From a virus: 64,000 nt of DNA. Shown piece by piece: positions 8,820-18,419 of the stretch. Below the pieces are notes generated by a model. It made no database searches, had not been told where the DNA came from, and saw nothing but the letters and a program-made list of their open reading frames with translations. A program made the translations under genes and the position numbers. The DNA lies in the IMG/VR virus record IMGVR_UViG_3300027759_000070, positions 1 through 64,000 of that record; one strand, given 5' to 3'. How positions within the stretch are numbered: position 1 is the stretch's first letter; every line of letters starts with the position of its first letter.

Positions 8820-8988
8820 AGAACTATCAGAAAAGTTTTTTTCTATTGAACATGAAGAATGGGGGTTAGAATTTATTTCTTGTTATCCTATAGGAGGAAA
8901 AATAATAGATGCTACATTTAAAATTGTAGATATTAAAAAATACATGCTATTTTTAATAAAGCATCCCGTTAAAATATACACAGTTTAA
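8761..8988 (+). CDS. Small hypothetical protein (start uncertain)
   Basis: C-terminal FKIVDIKKYMLFLIKH motif shared with 16401..16625. Confidence 0.5.
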   Translation: MQNETPTVNQLIRIKNENYKELSEKFFSIEHEEWGLEFISCYPIGGKIIDATFKIVDIKKYMLFLIKHPVKIYTV

Positions 8989-9001
8989 GTTAAATATGAT
9001 C

Positions 9002-10366
9002 ATGAGTGACTGCGGAAATCATCCCAATTTGTTTCAAACCCGTAGAGATTTTTTAACAGATTTTGGTTGGGGTGTTGGTGGATTATCTCTTGCATCTATA
9101 CTTGGTGTTTGTCCAACTACAGCAGAAGCAATATCACCATTAGCTGCAAAAAATCCACACTTTCCAGTTAAAGCAAAAGCAGTTATTCAACTATTTGCAT
9201 CAGGAGCACCATCTCATGTTGATACATTTGATTATAAACCAGAATTACAAAAGAGAGATGGTCAAAAGGGTGATTATGGAAATCTATTAGCATCCCCTTT
9301 CGAGTTTCCTAGATTCGGAAAATCTGGATTGAATATATCTGAAGTGTGGTCTAAGTTAGGACAACATGCGGATGATATGGTAATTATCAATTCTATGCAG
9401 ACAGATATTCCTGATCACGGAATTGCACAAAAAATGATGAATACGGGATCAGCACAACTACCAAAACCTAGCTTGGGTAGTTGGTTGACATATGGTTTGG
9501 GTACAGTAAACCAAAACATGCCAGCATTTATTTCATTGAATGGTTCTCCAGAATGGAGACAGTGTGCATTTTTACCCGGTATGTTTCAGGGCTGTAATGT
9601 TCAGTATAAATCTAACATGAAAGCCGAAGAAATATTATCAAATCTTAGAAGTGAGTTTTCTACATTAGATCGTCAAAGAAGACAGATTGAATTGGCTAAG
9701 GCAATGAATTACGAACATCTATCTAAATTACAAAAGGATGCTCAATTAGAAGCAAGAATCGAAGCATTTGAAACAGCATTTAAGATGCAAACAGAAGCTA
9801 CCGATGCGTTTGATATCTCTAAAGAGAATGAAAAAACTCAAGAACTTTACGGGAAGAATGAGGAAGGAAATAAAATGTTAGTAGCAAGAAGATTGGTTGA
9901 AAGGGGTGTTCGATTTGTGCAGGTTCATGTTGGAGGATACGATCATCACATGGATATTAAAACCAATATGGCACGAACTGCTGCTAGATATGATACGGCT
10001 TTTTCTGGTCTTTTGACCGATTTAAAACAAAGAGGATTGTTGGATTCCACATTGGTTATATGGGGTGGGGAGTTTGGCCGTACAGTGACAGCAGGAGGAG
10101 GTGCTGGAGCACCTGGTAGGGATCATAACGGAAAAGCGTTTTCGGTTTGGATGGCAGGTGGAAATGTAAAAGGTGGTCAGCGTTACGGGGAAACCGACGA
10201 GACGGGATCAAAAGCCGTCAAAGATATTACGCACATACATGATCTTCATGCAACTATATTGCGTCTTATGGGTTTTGATCATACCAAGTTGACGTATAAT
10301 TACAACGGACGAGAGTTTCGTTTGACCGATAATTTTGGGAATGTAATCAAGGAAATCATCTCCTAA
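9002..10366 (+). CDS. DUF1501 family (sulfatase/alkaline-phosphatase-like) protein with Tat signal
   Basis: TRRDFL twin-arginine; HFPVKAKAVIQLFASGAPSHVDTFDYKP, ARRLVERGVRFVQV, WGGEFGRT, GRDHN, HDLHATIL; TAAATA-N5-ATG at 9002. Confidence 0.85.
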   Translation: MSDCGNHPNLFQTRRDFLTDFGWGVGGLSLASILGVCPTTAEAISPLAAKNPHFPVKAKAVIQLFASGAPSHVDTFDYKPELQKRDGQKGDYGNLLASPFEFPRFGKSGLNISEVWSKLGQHADDMVIINSMQTDIPDHGIAQKMMNTGSAQLPKPSLGSWLTYGLGTVNQNMPAFISLNGSPEWRQCAFLPGMFQGCNVQYKSNMKAEEILSNLRSEFSTLDRQRRQIELAKAMNYEHLSKLQKDAQLEARIEAFETAFKMQTEATDAFDISKENEKTQELYGKNEEGNKMLVARRLVERGVRFVQVHVGGYDHHMDIKTNMARTAARYDTAFSGLLTDLKQRGLLDSTLVIWGGEFGRTVTAGGGAGAPGRDHNGKAFSVWMAGGNVKGGQRYGETDETGSKAVKDITHIHDLHATILRLMGFDHTKLTYNYNGREFRLTDNFGNVIKEIIS

Positions 10367-10371
10367 AAAAC

Positions 10372-10400
10372 TTGCTTTTCTGATCCAACTGTGATACTAT
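10372..10400 (+). promoter_or_regulatory. sigma70-like promoter (leaderless geometry)
   Basis: TTGCTT-N17-TACTAT, 6 nt before ATG 10407. Confidence 0.65.
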
Positions 10401-10406
10401 TAAAAG

Positions 10407-10772
10407 ATGTCCCATAAGATATTGTGCATAATTACTGGAAAGGTTACTACGGTTAGTAATGAATATTACGACAAGAAAATTTCAGATTTTGGTTCTGAAG
10501 AAAAATTTAATTCATTGTATGTTTCCCGTCAGGCAAAAAGCCTTTTGAAAAGAGGTTATAAAATAAAAGAAATTCGTAATCTACTTAAAGTTGATATAGA
10601 AGGATTATTAGAAATAGCCGAATCAAAGATTAAAGAAATACTAAAGGCTAATGATGATGATAATCAAAATTACGAGAATTTTTCTATTAAAAAATCCGAT
10701 CCAGAAGTAGTGGAGTATATAGAACGTCTCCAAGGATATTTATCAACAAAAACCGATTTAGAAGTGGTGTAA
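10407..10772 (+). CDS. Hypothetical protein
   Basis: ORF 121 aa directly after promoter. Confidence 0.7.
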   Translation: MSHKILCIITGKVTTVSNEYYDKKISDFGSEEKFNSLYVSRQAKSLLKRGYKIKEIRNLLKVDIEGLLEIAESKIKEILKANDDDNQNYENFSIKKSDPEVVEYIERLQGYLSTKTDLEVV

Positions 10773-10806
10773 ATGAACACAAAGTACACTCTAAATAAGG
10801 AAGCAT

Positions 10807-11778
10807 ATGATATTCGATGAACAGATTTCGCGTAAACCCAATCACTATCCTTGGACTGATAAATTCATCAAGGCTATGCATGACGGATTTTGGACAGATA
10901 AAGAATTTACATTTAGTTCTGATGTACAACAGTTCAAAGTTACACTAAGTGAGAAAGAAAAAGAAATCATTATTCGTACTTTATCGGCTATTGGTCAGAT
11001 AGAAGTAGCAGTTAAAACTTTTTGGGCTAGGTTAGGCGACAATCTCCCTCATCCTTCTTTACAGGATTTAGGTTATGTAATGGCTAGCGTTGAGGTTATT
11101 CATAATAATGCATACGAAAGACTTCTTTCTGTGTTGGGATTAGATGATATTTTTGAACAAAATCTCAAATTAGAATGGATTCAAGGAAGAGTAAAGTATT
11201 TGCGTAAGTATACACATAAATTTTATAAAGATAGCAAGAAGCAATATTTGTATGCAATTATACTATTCACTCTATTTGTTGAAAATGTTTCATTATTTTC
11301 TCAGTTTTATGTAATCAATTGGTTTGCTCGCTTTAAGAATGTTCTTAAAGATACAGATCAACAGGTAAAGTATACTAGAAATGAAGAAAATCTCCATGCA
11401 TTAGTAGGGATTAAGATCATTAATACCATGAGAGAAGAATATCCTGAGTTATTTGATCAGGAATTGGAAGAAAGAATTATCAAAGAAGCAGGAGAAGCAT
11501 TTGCTTCCGAATCACAAATTGTGGATTGGATGGTTAATGGAATCAACGAAGAAGGATTAAGTGCTCCTATCTTAAAAGAATTCATTAAAAATCGTATTAA
11601 TCAATCATTAGAACAGATTGGATTTCTGCAAGCATTTGAAGTAAATAAAGAACTACTATCTTCCACGATGTGGTTCGAAGAGGAATTGCTTGGTAATAAT
11701 ATGGCAGACTTTTTCCATACTAGACCCACAGAATATTCCAAGAAGAATCAGTCATTTACAGAAGACGATCTATTTTAA
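10807..11778 (+). CDS. nrdB: Ribonucleotide reductase class I beta subunit
   Basis: Ferritin-like ligands (EVIHNNAY, VENVSLFSQF, NEENLH); C-terminal DFF...TEY...DDLF. Confidence 0.95.
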   Translation: MIFDEQISRKPNHYPWTDKFIKAMHDGFWTDKEFTFSSDVQQFKVTLSEKEKEIIIRTLSAIGQIEVAVKTFWARLGDNLPHPSLQDLGYVMASVEVIHNNAYERLLSVLGLDDIFEQNLKLEWIQGRVKYLRKYTHKFYKDSKKQYLYAIILFTLFVENVSLFSQFYVINWFARFKNVLKDTDQQVKYTRNEENLHALVGIKIINTMREEYPELFDQELEERIIKEAGEAFASESQIVDWMVNGINEEGLSAPILKEFIKNRINQSLEQIGFLQAFEVNKELLSSTMWFEEELLGNNMADFFHTRPTEYSKKNQSFTEDDLF

Positions 11779-11780
11779 TT

Positions 11781-13433
11781 ATGAAAAAAGACAGCTATTA
11801 TTGGTTGAACAAGGAATCTATTAAATTTCTTGAGAGAGGGTATTTATTGGAGGGAGAAGATGCTAAAGAAAGATATGCTAAAATTGCTTTTTCTGCACAA
11901 TTTCATTTGGCTATAGAAGGTTTTGCAGATAAATTCAATAATTATTTAAGTAGAGGTTTTTATTCATTAAGTTCTCCTATCATTTCTAATTTTGGTAGAG
12001 AACGCGGATTACCAATTAGTTGTTTCGGTAGCTATGTCACAGACACAATGGATGGCATCTTAGACAAAGTTTCAGAAGTTGGGATCATGACCAAGATGGG
12101 TGGAGGAACATCGGCCTATTTTGGGGCTTTGCGGGGCCGTGGCGCGGCTATTTCTGCTGGTGGTGAGTCCACGGGTTCCGTCCATTTCATGGAATTGTTT
12201 GATAAATTGATGAATGTTGTTTCTCAGGGTAATGTTCGAAGGGGTTCTTTTGCTGCATATCTCCCTATTGATCATCCAGACATTGGAGAATTTCTCAAAA
12301 TACGCTCTGAAGGGAACAACATTCAGGATCTTTCCTTTGGGGTTTGTATCGATGATGCATGGATGAAGTCGATGGTTGATGGTGATAAAGAAAAAAGGAA
12401 ACTTTGGGGGGATATAATTAAGAAAAAGTTTGAAAGTGGTTATCCATATATTTTCTATACAGATACTGTAAACAATAATGCACCACAAGTGTATAAAGAT
12501 AAAGGTATGAAGATACATCACACCAATCTTTGTACTGAAATTATGCTTCCTAACAGTGGGGATGAATCATTTGTATGTAATCTTGCATCCATGAATGCAG
12601 AAACATATGAAGAATGGAAGGATACTGATGCAGTTAAAACCATGATTTACTTTTTGGATGCGGTTATGACCGAATTCATTAATAAAACTAAAGGTATGCG
12701 CTTTATGGAAGCTCCCAGAAAGTTTGCCATGAACCATCGTGCATTGGGTTTAGGACTTTTAGGATGGCATTCCTTGTTGCAATCTAAAAATTTATCCTTT
12801 GAATCAATGGAATCAAAGTTTTTGAATGTTGAATTGTGGAAGCATATGAAACAACAATCAGAAGAGGCCAGTAAAGAGCTTGCAGTAAAGTATGGAGAAC
12901 CCGAACTATTAAAGGGTTATGGTCGTAGGAATACTACATTACTTGCAATTGCTCCTACAACTTCTAGTTCTTTCATTGTTGGTCAGGTATCCCCTAGTAT
13001 CGAACCACTTAGAGATAATTATTTCGTTAAAGATTTGGCTAAGATTCGTTCTTCTTATAAAAATCCTTATTTGAAAGAAGTATTGAAGAAGTACGATAAA
13101 GATGACGACGAAACATGGAAGAGTATCTTAACCAAAGCTGGTAGTGTTCAACATTTAGATTTCTTAACAGAACAAGAAAAGAGTGTATTTAAAACTTTTG
13201 GTGAGATTTCACAGAAGGAAGTTGTTATACAAGCTGCTCAAAGACAAAAGTATATCGACCAAGGTCAAAGTTTAAACATATTGATTCCTCCAAATACAAA
13301 GCCAAAGGAAGTAAGTGAACTTATGATCTTTGCATGGGAACAAGGAATCAAGAGTTTATATTACCAACGTAATGCAAATCCTGCACAGGAGTTAGCTCGT
13401 TCGATACTTACTTGTGCATCATGTGAAGCATAA
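11781..13433 (+). CDS. nrdA: Ribonucleotide reductase class I alpha subunit (no ATP cone)
   Basis: PISCF, TNLCTEI, FVCNL, IAPTTSSS, SLYY, C-terminal CASCEA. Confidence 0.95.
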   Translation: MKKDSYYWLNKESIKFLERGYLLEGEDAKERYAKIAFSAQFHLAIEGFADKFNNYLSRGFYSLSSPIISNFGRERGLPISCFGSYVTDTMDGILDKVSEVGIMTKMGGGTSAYFGALRGRGAAISAGGESTGSVHFMELFDKLMNVVSQGNVRRGSFAAYLPIDHPDIGEFLKIRSEGNNIQDLSFGVCIDDAWMKSMVDGDKEKRKLWGDIIKKKFESGYPYIFYTDTVNNNAPQVYKDKGMKIHHTNLCTEIMLPNSGDESFVCNLASMNAETYEEWKDTDAVKTMIYFLDAVMTEFINKTKGMRFMEAPRKFAMNHRALGLGLLGWHSLLQSKNLSFESMESKFLNVELWKHMKQQSEEASKELAVKYGEPELLKGYGRRNTTLLAIAPTTSSSFIVGQVSPSIEPLRDNYFVKDLAKIRSSYKNPYLKEVLKKYDKDDDETWKSILTKAGSVQHLDFLTEQEKSVFKTFGEISQKEVVIQAAQRQKYIDQGQSLNILIPPNTKPKEVSELMIFAWEQGIKSLYYQRNANPAQELARSILTCASCEA

Positions 13434-13435
13434 TA

Positions 13436-13663
13436 ATGAAAACCAATTATAAGGTTGAAATTCATGTAATAAACCCAAACACAGAGGATGTGTGTGTGGG
13501 TGAGATTGATAGTAAAATGATTACCGATAATCTAAATTTACACGGAATAAATATCTTACAAATTACATACAATAATTTGGTTAACCATTTGGAAACACAA
13601 AAAATGAATGATATGGTTCCTCTAATTAAGATACCCGGTCTATCAACTCCCCCAGAATTATGA
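13436..13663 (+). CDS. Hypothetical protein
   Basis: ORF 75 aa in operon. Confidence 0.55.
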   Translation: MKTNYKVEIHVINPNTEDVCVGEIDSKMITDNLNLHGINILQITYNNLVNHLETQKMNDMVPLIKIPGLSTPPEL

Positions 13664-13899
13664 TACATACTCATAAATTAAATCGACTTAGTCCAGATGA
13701 AATGACTGTTTTGCTGTATTGTGTAAACGATGGAGACAATGCACAAGATTTAGAAAATCTACCGATAGATAGACAACATTTATCTTGGATTAAACCTGAA
13801 TATGCATCCAAAATGCTTAATCAGTATACTCAAAAATTAAAAGATGAAAAAAAGATAAAGCAAGTGCGGGCTATAGCAGATAAAATTACAAATCCATGA
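13660..13899 (+). CDS. Hypothetical protein
   Basis: ORF 79 aa, ATGA overlap. Confidence 0.6.
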   Translation: MIHTHKLNRLSPDEMTVLLYCVNDGDNAQDLENLPIDRQHLSWIKPEYASKMLNQYTQKLKDEKKIKQVRAIADKITNP

Positions 13900-14054
13900 A
13901 AGAGTTTTGGAAAATCTGGTGCCGTACGATGGGTAACAAAATATCCGAATATGATGAAATTTCGGATATAGCAGCAGTGATAAGAACATTTTGGTGGATT
14001 ATTCATATAATAACATGTTTTTTTATTATTGCTGGTGTGATTAGACACTGGTAA
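13896..14054 (+). CDS. Small membrane protein (52 aa, absent from ORF track)
   Basis: Manual translation MKEFWKIWCRTMGNKISEYDEISDIAAVIRTFWWIIHIITCFFIIAGVIRHW; ATGA overlap; resembles a small protein of T4-like aquatic phages. Confidence 0.7.
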   Translation: MKEFWKIWCRTMGNKISEYDEISDIAAVIRTFWWIIHIITCFFIIAGVIRHW

Positions 14055-14076
14055 TTCGTAAAAAAATAATTTACAG

Positions 14077-14107
14077 AGGGATTTAGATTTAATTCTAAAT
14101 CCCTTTT
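14077..14107 (+). terminator. Rho-independent terminator
   Basis: AGGGATTTAGA-tttaat-TCTAAATCCCT followed by TTT, after the nrd operon. Confidence 0.7.
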
Positions 14108-14123
14108 ATATTAAATAATATAT

Positions 14124-14354
14124 ATGGATTTTAAGTTACTAGGAAAGATGTCCTTATATGTTTTTGTAAGCACAATTATATCGTTTGTATCTTTGCTAGA
14201 TACACTGGATGCACATTATTTTGATCAAGTATCCAATTTAGATTGGATTAAGATATTTTTTAAATCACTAGCACCTGGTTTAATTTCTCTAAAAGCATTT
14301 TTAGATACTTCTATGAATGACAATAAACCAAACATACAATTATCTGATAAGTAA
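14124..14354 (+). CDS. Small membrane protein, holin-like
   Basis: 76 aa, two hydrophobic segments, polar tail; TAAATA-N6-ATG. Confidence 0.45.
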   Translation: MDFKLLGKMSLYVFVSTIISFVSLLDTLDAHYFDQVSNLDWIKIFFKSLAPGLISLKAFLDTSMNDNKPNIQLSDK

Positions 14355-14359
14355 TAAAT

Positions 14360-14911
14360 ATGAAAAATTTATTACAGGATGTGGATCACTTATATTATGC
14401 GCTGGCAATAATGGGTGTATTATATACTGTTTTTAAATTTATATCTAAAGGAGTTTCAAATTCCGATTGGTATAATCTTATTAGATTAATTAAAGAAACT
14501 CCAGAAAATATAGTACAGATAAAAAAAGGTCAAACTGAAATATTTAAAGAAATAAAGTTACAAGGAAAACTCGTAAATTCCATATTGGATACACTAGAAT
14601 TAGCTCAACTAGTTTGTGATGCTAGAGGAGAATGCATAAAAGTTAATAGTAAATGGATTTCTGTTACTGGTTTATCTCAAGATGAAGCACACGGAAATAA
14701 TTGGTTAATATCGATTCACCCCGAAGATAGACAAAGTGTACAAAAAAAATGGCATAACATGATCGCATATAATACACCATTTGAAGAAACATTTAGATAC
14801 CAACATCGTATAACGGAATCTATAACTAAAGTTAAATGTACAGCAATTGATGTTGAAGACGAAGATGGTAACAGGGTCTATATACTCGGACTTTCTCGTG
14901 TTTTAGAGTAA
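14360..14911 (+). CDS. Membrane-anchored PAS domain protein
   Basis: N-terminal TM, then CDARGECIKVNSKWISVTGLSQDEAHGNNWLISIHPEDR PAS signature. Confidence 0.8.
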   Translation: MKNLLQDVDHLYYALAIMGVLYTVFKFISKGVSNSDWYNLIRLIKETPENIVQIKKGQTEIFKEIKLQGKLVNSILDTLELAQLVCDARGECIKVNSKWISVTGLSQDEAHGNNWLISIHPEDRQSVQKKWHNMIAYNTPFEETFRYQHRITESITKVKCTAIDVEDEDGNRVYILGLSRVLE

Positions 14912-14919
14912 ATAATAAT

Positions 14920-15555
14920 ATGAAAAAATATTGGGGGTCGGAGGAAGATTACGAAGATGAACAGTCTAAAGAATTACCATCAGCACAGCCAACATCAGAT
15001 TTATTATTACCTTCTGGTTCTATAAAAGTATTGGATAATACAATACATTTTTATGCAGAAATATCAGGTTCTACTTGTAGTGAATTGAATAGATTGCTTA
15101 GGGAACTAGAAATACGAATGCAACATGCCAAGATTACCATGTGTGATCCTGATTTTGATCCCACAATTCATCTAAGAATTCATAGTTATGGTGGTGATGT
15201 GTTAGCAGGATTAGCTACAGTAGACACTATAAGAAGTATGAAAACTAAAGTTTATACTTATGTCGAAGGCGCAGCAGCAAGCGCAGCAACATTAATTAGT
15301 ATTGCTGGTAAAAAAAGATCTATAGGGAAAAATAGTTTTATGTTAATTCATCAACTAAGTGCTGTTTGTGCAGGTACTTTTGAAAGATTAGAAGACGAAC
15401 AAGAGAACAATAGAAGAATGATGAATACTATTAAATCTCTTTATAAAGAGTATACTAAAATTCCTATGAAGGAATTGGATAATATTTTAAAAAGAGACAT
15501 TTGGTTTGATTCTGCAACATGTTTGAAGTACGGTTTAGTTGATGCTATTGTGTAA
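14920..15555 (+). CDS. clpP: ClpP-like protease
   Basis: IHSYGGDV, GAAASAAT (Ser), FMLIHQ (His), RDIWF (Asp), YGLVD. Confidence 0.85.
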   Translation: MKKYWGSEEDYEDEQSKELPSAQPTSDLLLPSGSIKVLDNTIHFYAEISGSTCSELNRLLRELEIRMQHAKITMCDPDFDPTIHLRIHSYGGDVLAGLATVDTIRSMKTKVYTYVEGAAASAATLISIAGKKRSIGKNSFMLIHQLSAVCAGTFERLEDEQENNRRMMNTIKSLYKEYTKIPMKELDNILKRDIWFDSATCLKYGLVDAIV

Positions 15556-15562
15556 TTTAAAC

Positions 15563-15591
15563 TTGATATTTTATATAAAATGTGGTAATAT
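15563..15591 (+). promoter_or_regulatory. sigma70-like promoter (leaderless geometry)
   Basis: TTGATA-N17-TAATAT, 6 nt before ATG 15598. Confidence 0.6.
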
Positions 15592-15597
15592 GGTGGG

Positions 15598-16431
15598 ATG
15601 ATTTCTGCTAAAATTATTGCCGATTCCGTTTGTAATTTGATCGATGGCAAGCGTATAACATCATTTATTCTGGAGTATCCTAGATTTATTCATGCGGAAT
15701 TAATGACTCACAGAATGTTCAGTAGAAATGCAGCATCTTCTAGAGCTATTCCTATCAATAAGTTTGTAGAAGATGTGTTGTCTAATCCCGCAATGCCGAT
15801 GCATTGGGGTGCAAAGCAAAAGGGAATGCAAGCGGACAATGAGGTTGATGACGAAACAAAGGTAAAAGCGATGCAGATTTGGCACGAAGCTAAAGAGGAT
15901 GCGGTCAAACATGCTAAAAGATTAGATGAATTGGGTTTGCATAAACAAGTTGCAAACAGAATTATGGAGCCGTACTTCCATATTACAACTTTGGTTACTG
16001 CTACTGAATTTAAAAACTTTTTTAAGCTTAGGGCACACAAAGCAGCACAACCAGAAATTAGAGAATTAGCATATAAAATGTTGGAGTTATACGAAATTAA
16101 CGAACCCGAAGAAAAGAATTTTGGTGAGTGGCATATACCTTTTGGTGACCAGTATCTTACTGGTTTATCAATTCAACAAAAATTAAAAATTTCCACCGCA
16201 AGAGCTGCAAGAGTTTCATATAAGAATTTTGAAGGAGAAATTAATTTAGAAAAAGATTATCAATTACACGATCTACTTTTGGCTGAAGGTCATTTCAGCC
16301 CATTTGAACATTCTGCTATTTGTGAAGTTGGTGTACATGACAATTTTGATTGTTGGAAATCGTATAGAAATTTAGTAAAAAGAAATTTAAACGAAGAACA
16401 ATGGAACAAAATAGAACAAGAATCTGTTTAG
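15598..16431 (+). CDS. thyX: FAD-dependent thymidylate synthase
   Basis: HAELMTHRMFSRNAASSRAIP, LRAHKAAQPEIR, HFSPFEH. Confidence 0.9.
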   Translation: MISAKIIADSVCNLIDGKRITSFILEYPRFIHAELMTHRMFSRNAASSRAIPINKFVEDVLSNPAMPMHWGAKQKGMQADNEVDDETKVKAMQIWHEAKEDAVKHAKRLDELGLHKQVANRIMEPYFHITTLVTATEFKNFFKLRAHKAAQPEIRELAYKMLELYEINEPEEKNFGEWHIPFGDQYLTGLSIQQKLKISTARAARVSYKNFEGEINLEKDYQLHDLLLAEGHFSPFEHSAICEVGVHDNFDCWKSYRNLVKRNLNEEQWNKIEQESV

Positions 16432-16625
16432 ATTTTTATACTCAGTATGAACCAGCAATGATTGAGAGGTATAATAATTCATCCCCACTTCTTCAATATG
16501 AATTCGATGTGGAGCTTGGATTAAAATGTATCAATGATTATGAATTACGTGATACCGATATTTTAGAATTTGAAATTATCGATCCAAAGCTTTTCATGTT
16601 AGCACAAATAAAATATGGCTTTTAA
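16401..16625 (+). CDS. Small hypothetical protein
   Basis: C-terminal FEIIDPKLFMLAQIKYGF. Confidence 0.6.
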   Translation: MEQNRTRICLDFYTQYEPAMIERYNNSSPLLQYEFDVELGLKCINDYELRDTDILEFEIIDPKLFMLAQIKYGF

Positions 16626-17334
16626 TAAAATAAAAAATGAAGATTTTGAAAAAATATTATCAATTTTAAAACGATGCGATAAAAATCAAATAGAGATTCT
16701 ATCTAAACATTTAGATTTAAAACCATTTTCGCATCCATTAGAAAAACTAATAAATGTAAAAGCAGAAATTCTTTTAGATTCATTATTAAGATCTTCATAT
16801 ATAACTTTAAATGGTATAAGAGGTATTATAGCAGAATCTACGTTCAATGATATTTTAGTCAAAAATTCTAAAAGGTGGAAAGATATACCAGCAGGTGCTC
16901 AGAATCCTTACGATTTTATACTAGAAGATAATGCAGGTCAAGTTCGAATACAAATAAAACTCCAAAGAAAAGTAGAAAATTTACCTTGGATACGAAAAGA
17001 TGGATGTGCTGTAGTTGAAACAGAAAGAACTAGATCGGGCAAAACAAAAGATGGGGAAAGTTCCAGACCATATCGATACGGAGAATTTGATTTATTGGGA
17101 GTTTGTATGGAACCATCTCATGGTGTATGGGAATCGTTTTTGTTTATACCACAAAAATATTTAGATCCTCATAAAGATGATATCAGATATCTAAACAAAC
17201 TACAATCTGTTCCGTTAAGTCCTAAAAATAATTGGACTGATAATTTGGATGAAGCTGTAGAATTATTTCGAAAAGATCCATCCAAAATTTTTATTGCCCC
17301 AAATAGACCAAAACAATTCGAATTTGCGTTCTAA
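16615..17334 (+). CDS. Restriction-endonuclease-like PD-(D/E)XK protein
   Basis: RGIIAE...PYDFILED...RIQIKLQR...YRYGEFDLLGVC. Confidence 0.6.
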   Translation: MAFNKIKNEDFEKILSILKRCDKNQIEILSKHLDLKPFSHPLEKLINVKAEILLDSLLRSSYITLNGIRGIIAESTFNDILVKNSKRWKDIPAGAQNPYDFILEDNAGQVRIQIKLQRKVENLPWIRKDGCAVVETERTRSGKTKDGESSRPYRYGEFDLLGVCMEPSHGVWESFLFIPQKYLDPHKDDIRYLNKLQSVPLSPKNNWTDNLDEAVELFRKDPSKIFIAPNRPKQFEFAF

Positions 17335-18401
17335 ACACCCGGTGTCTTATATCCATGCTGAATTTTGCCCGCTGTACCTATACTACCAGAATTCAACCCA
17401 GCAGCCTTTGCTCTCATCTGTTCGTTGCCTGTGGTGAAACTTAAAGGTATATTATTGAATGGGTGTTCGTGGGGGTATACAAATACGGAATAAGTTGGAT
17501 TTGCTTTTGATCCTCCATTTCCTGCGGTTGATGCCAAATTTGTTCCTCCTTCTGATAGTGTTAATACTGGAACTTTTTCTGGTAAACTCCAAGGGAGTTT
17601 AACCAAATATGCGTTACCTACGACATACAAAAAATCATATAATTTTTTAACATAACTTAAATCAGCATATGCTATAACACTAGTTCCTCCCGCACCTTTC
17701 TCAGATCCTGTTGGTCCAGAACCTGTCATAAACTGACCAAAACTTCCCATACCTCCACCTGTATATTGAACTTCTGCTGGACATGTGACATGGTGTAGAT
17801 ACACTTCACCATCTATGAATGCACATCCATTTATTATAGCATTTTTAGATACTCCTAAATTTGAATTTACCACAACTTGATTTGGGCACTCCAAATTCAT
17901 TGAATCAGATTTTAAAGAAATATTAGATCCTGCTCTGATATTAACATTATTAGAAGATGAGACATTCATCTCTTGTGCTGCTGCAATTACAGATCTAGCA
18001 CCCGCAGTAACATTCATGTTACCACCAGTGGACATACTTAGCCCACCATTACCAACAGTTAAGTCATATTTGTTAGTGACGTTTACGGAATATGTCCCAC
18101 AAGGAAAACGAGAATTTTCTACAGTCTCTATATAAGGAACTGTTTCGTTTTTGACGAAAGAACCCTTTCCTTCAATTGTTACTGCTTTGGGTCTAAACTC
18201 TCCAGAAGTATCAACTCTGTGTGCCGCAAAACTATTGACTACTGATCCGATAGTTTCGTGTCTATCTTTTTCGTAGGAAATAATTTGGTTACCCCCAGCT
18301 TTAATAGATTGCTCGATTGGTATCAAATCCTCTGCTACCTTCTTGAGAATATCACCTTGGTTGCCTTTATCAACCTTTTGTGTGTTTTTTACTGCTGGCA
18401 T
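17331..18401 (-). CDS. Baseplate spike C-terminal part (gp5/VgrG beta-helix-like)
   Basis: Gly/Ser/Asn-rich beta repeats and terminal HEHPF; directly follows the gp5 OB-fold gene. Confidence 0.6.
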   Translation of the reverse strand: MPAVKNTQKVDKGNQGDILKKVAEDLIPIEQSIKAGGNQIISYEKDRHETIGSVVNSFAAHRVDTSGEFRPKAVTIEGKGSFVKNETVPYIETVENSRFPCGTYSVNVTNKYDLTVGNGGLSMSTGGNMNVTAGARSVIAAAQEMNVSSSNNVNIRAGSNISLKSDSMNLECPNQVVVNSNLGVSKNAIINGCAFIDGEVYLHHVTCPAEVQYTGGGMGSFGQFMTGSGPTGSEKGAGGTSVIAYADLSYVKKLYDFLYVVGNAYLVKLPWSLPEKVPVLTLSEGGTNLASTAGNGGSKANPTYSVFVYPHEHPFNNIPLSFTTGNEQMRAKAAGLNSGSIGTAGKIQHGYKTPGV

Positions 18402-18419
18402 ATTTATATTTATCAGTAA

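Noticed and set aside
11781-13433. Short nrdA as a pseudogene or intron/intein-split gene
   Set aside because: All catalytic motifs and the C-terminal CxxC are in one frame; it simply lacks an ATP cone
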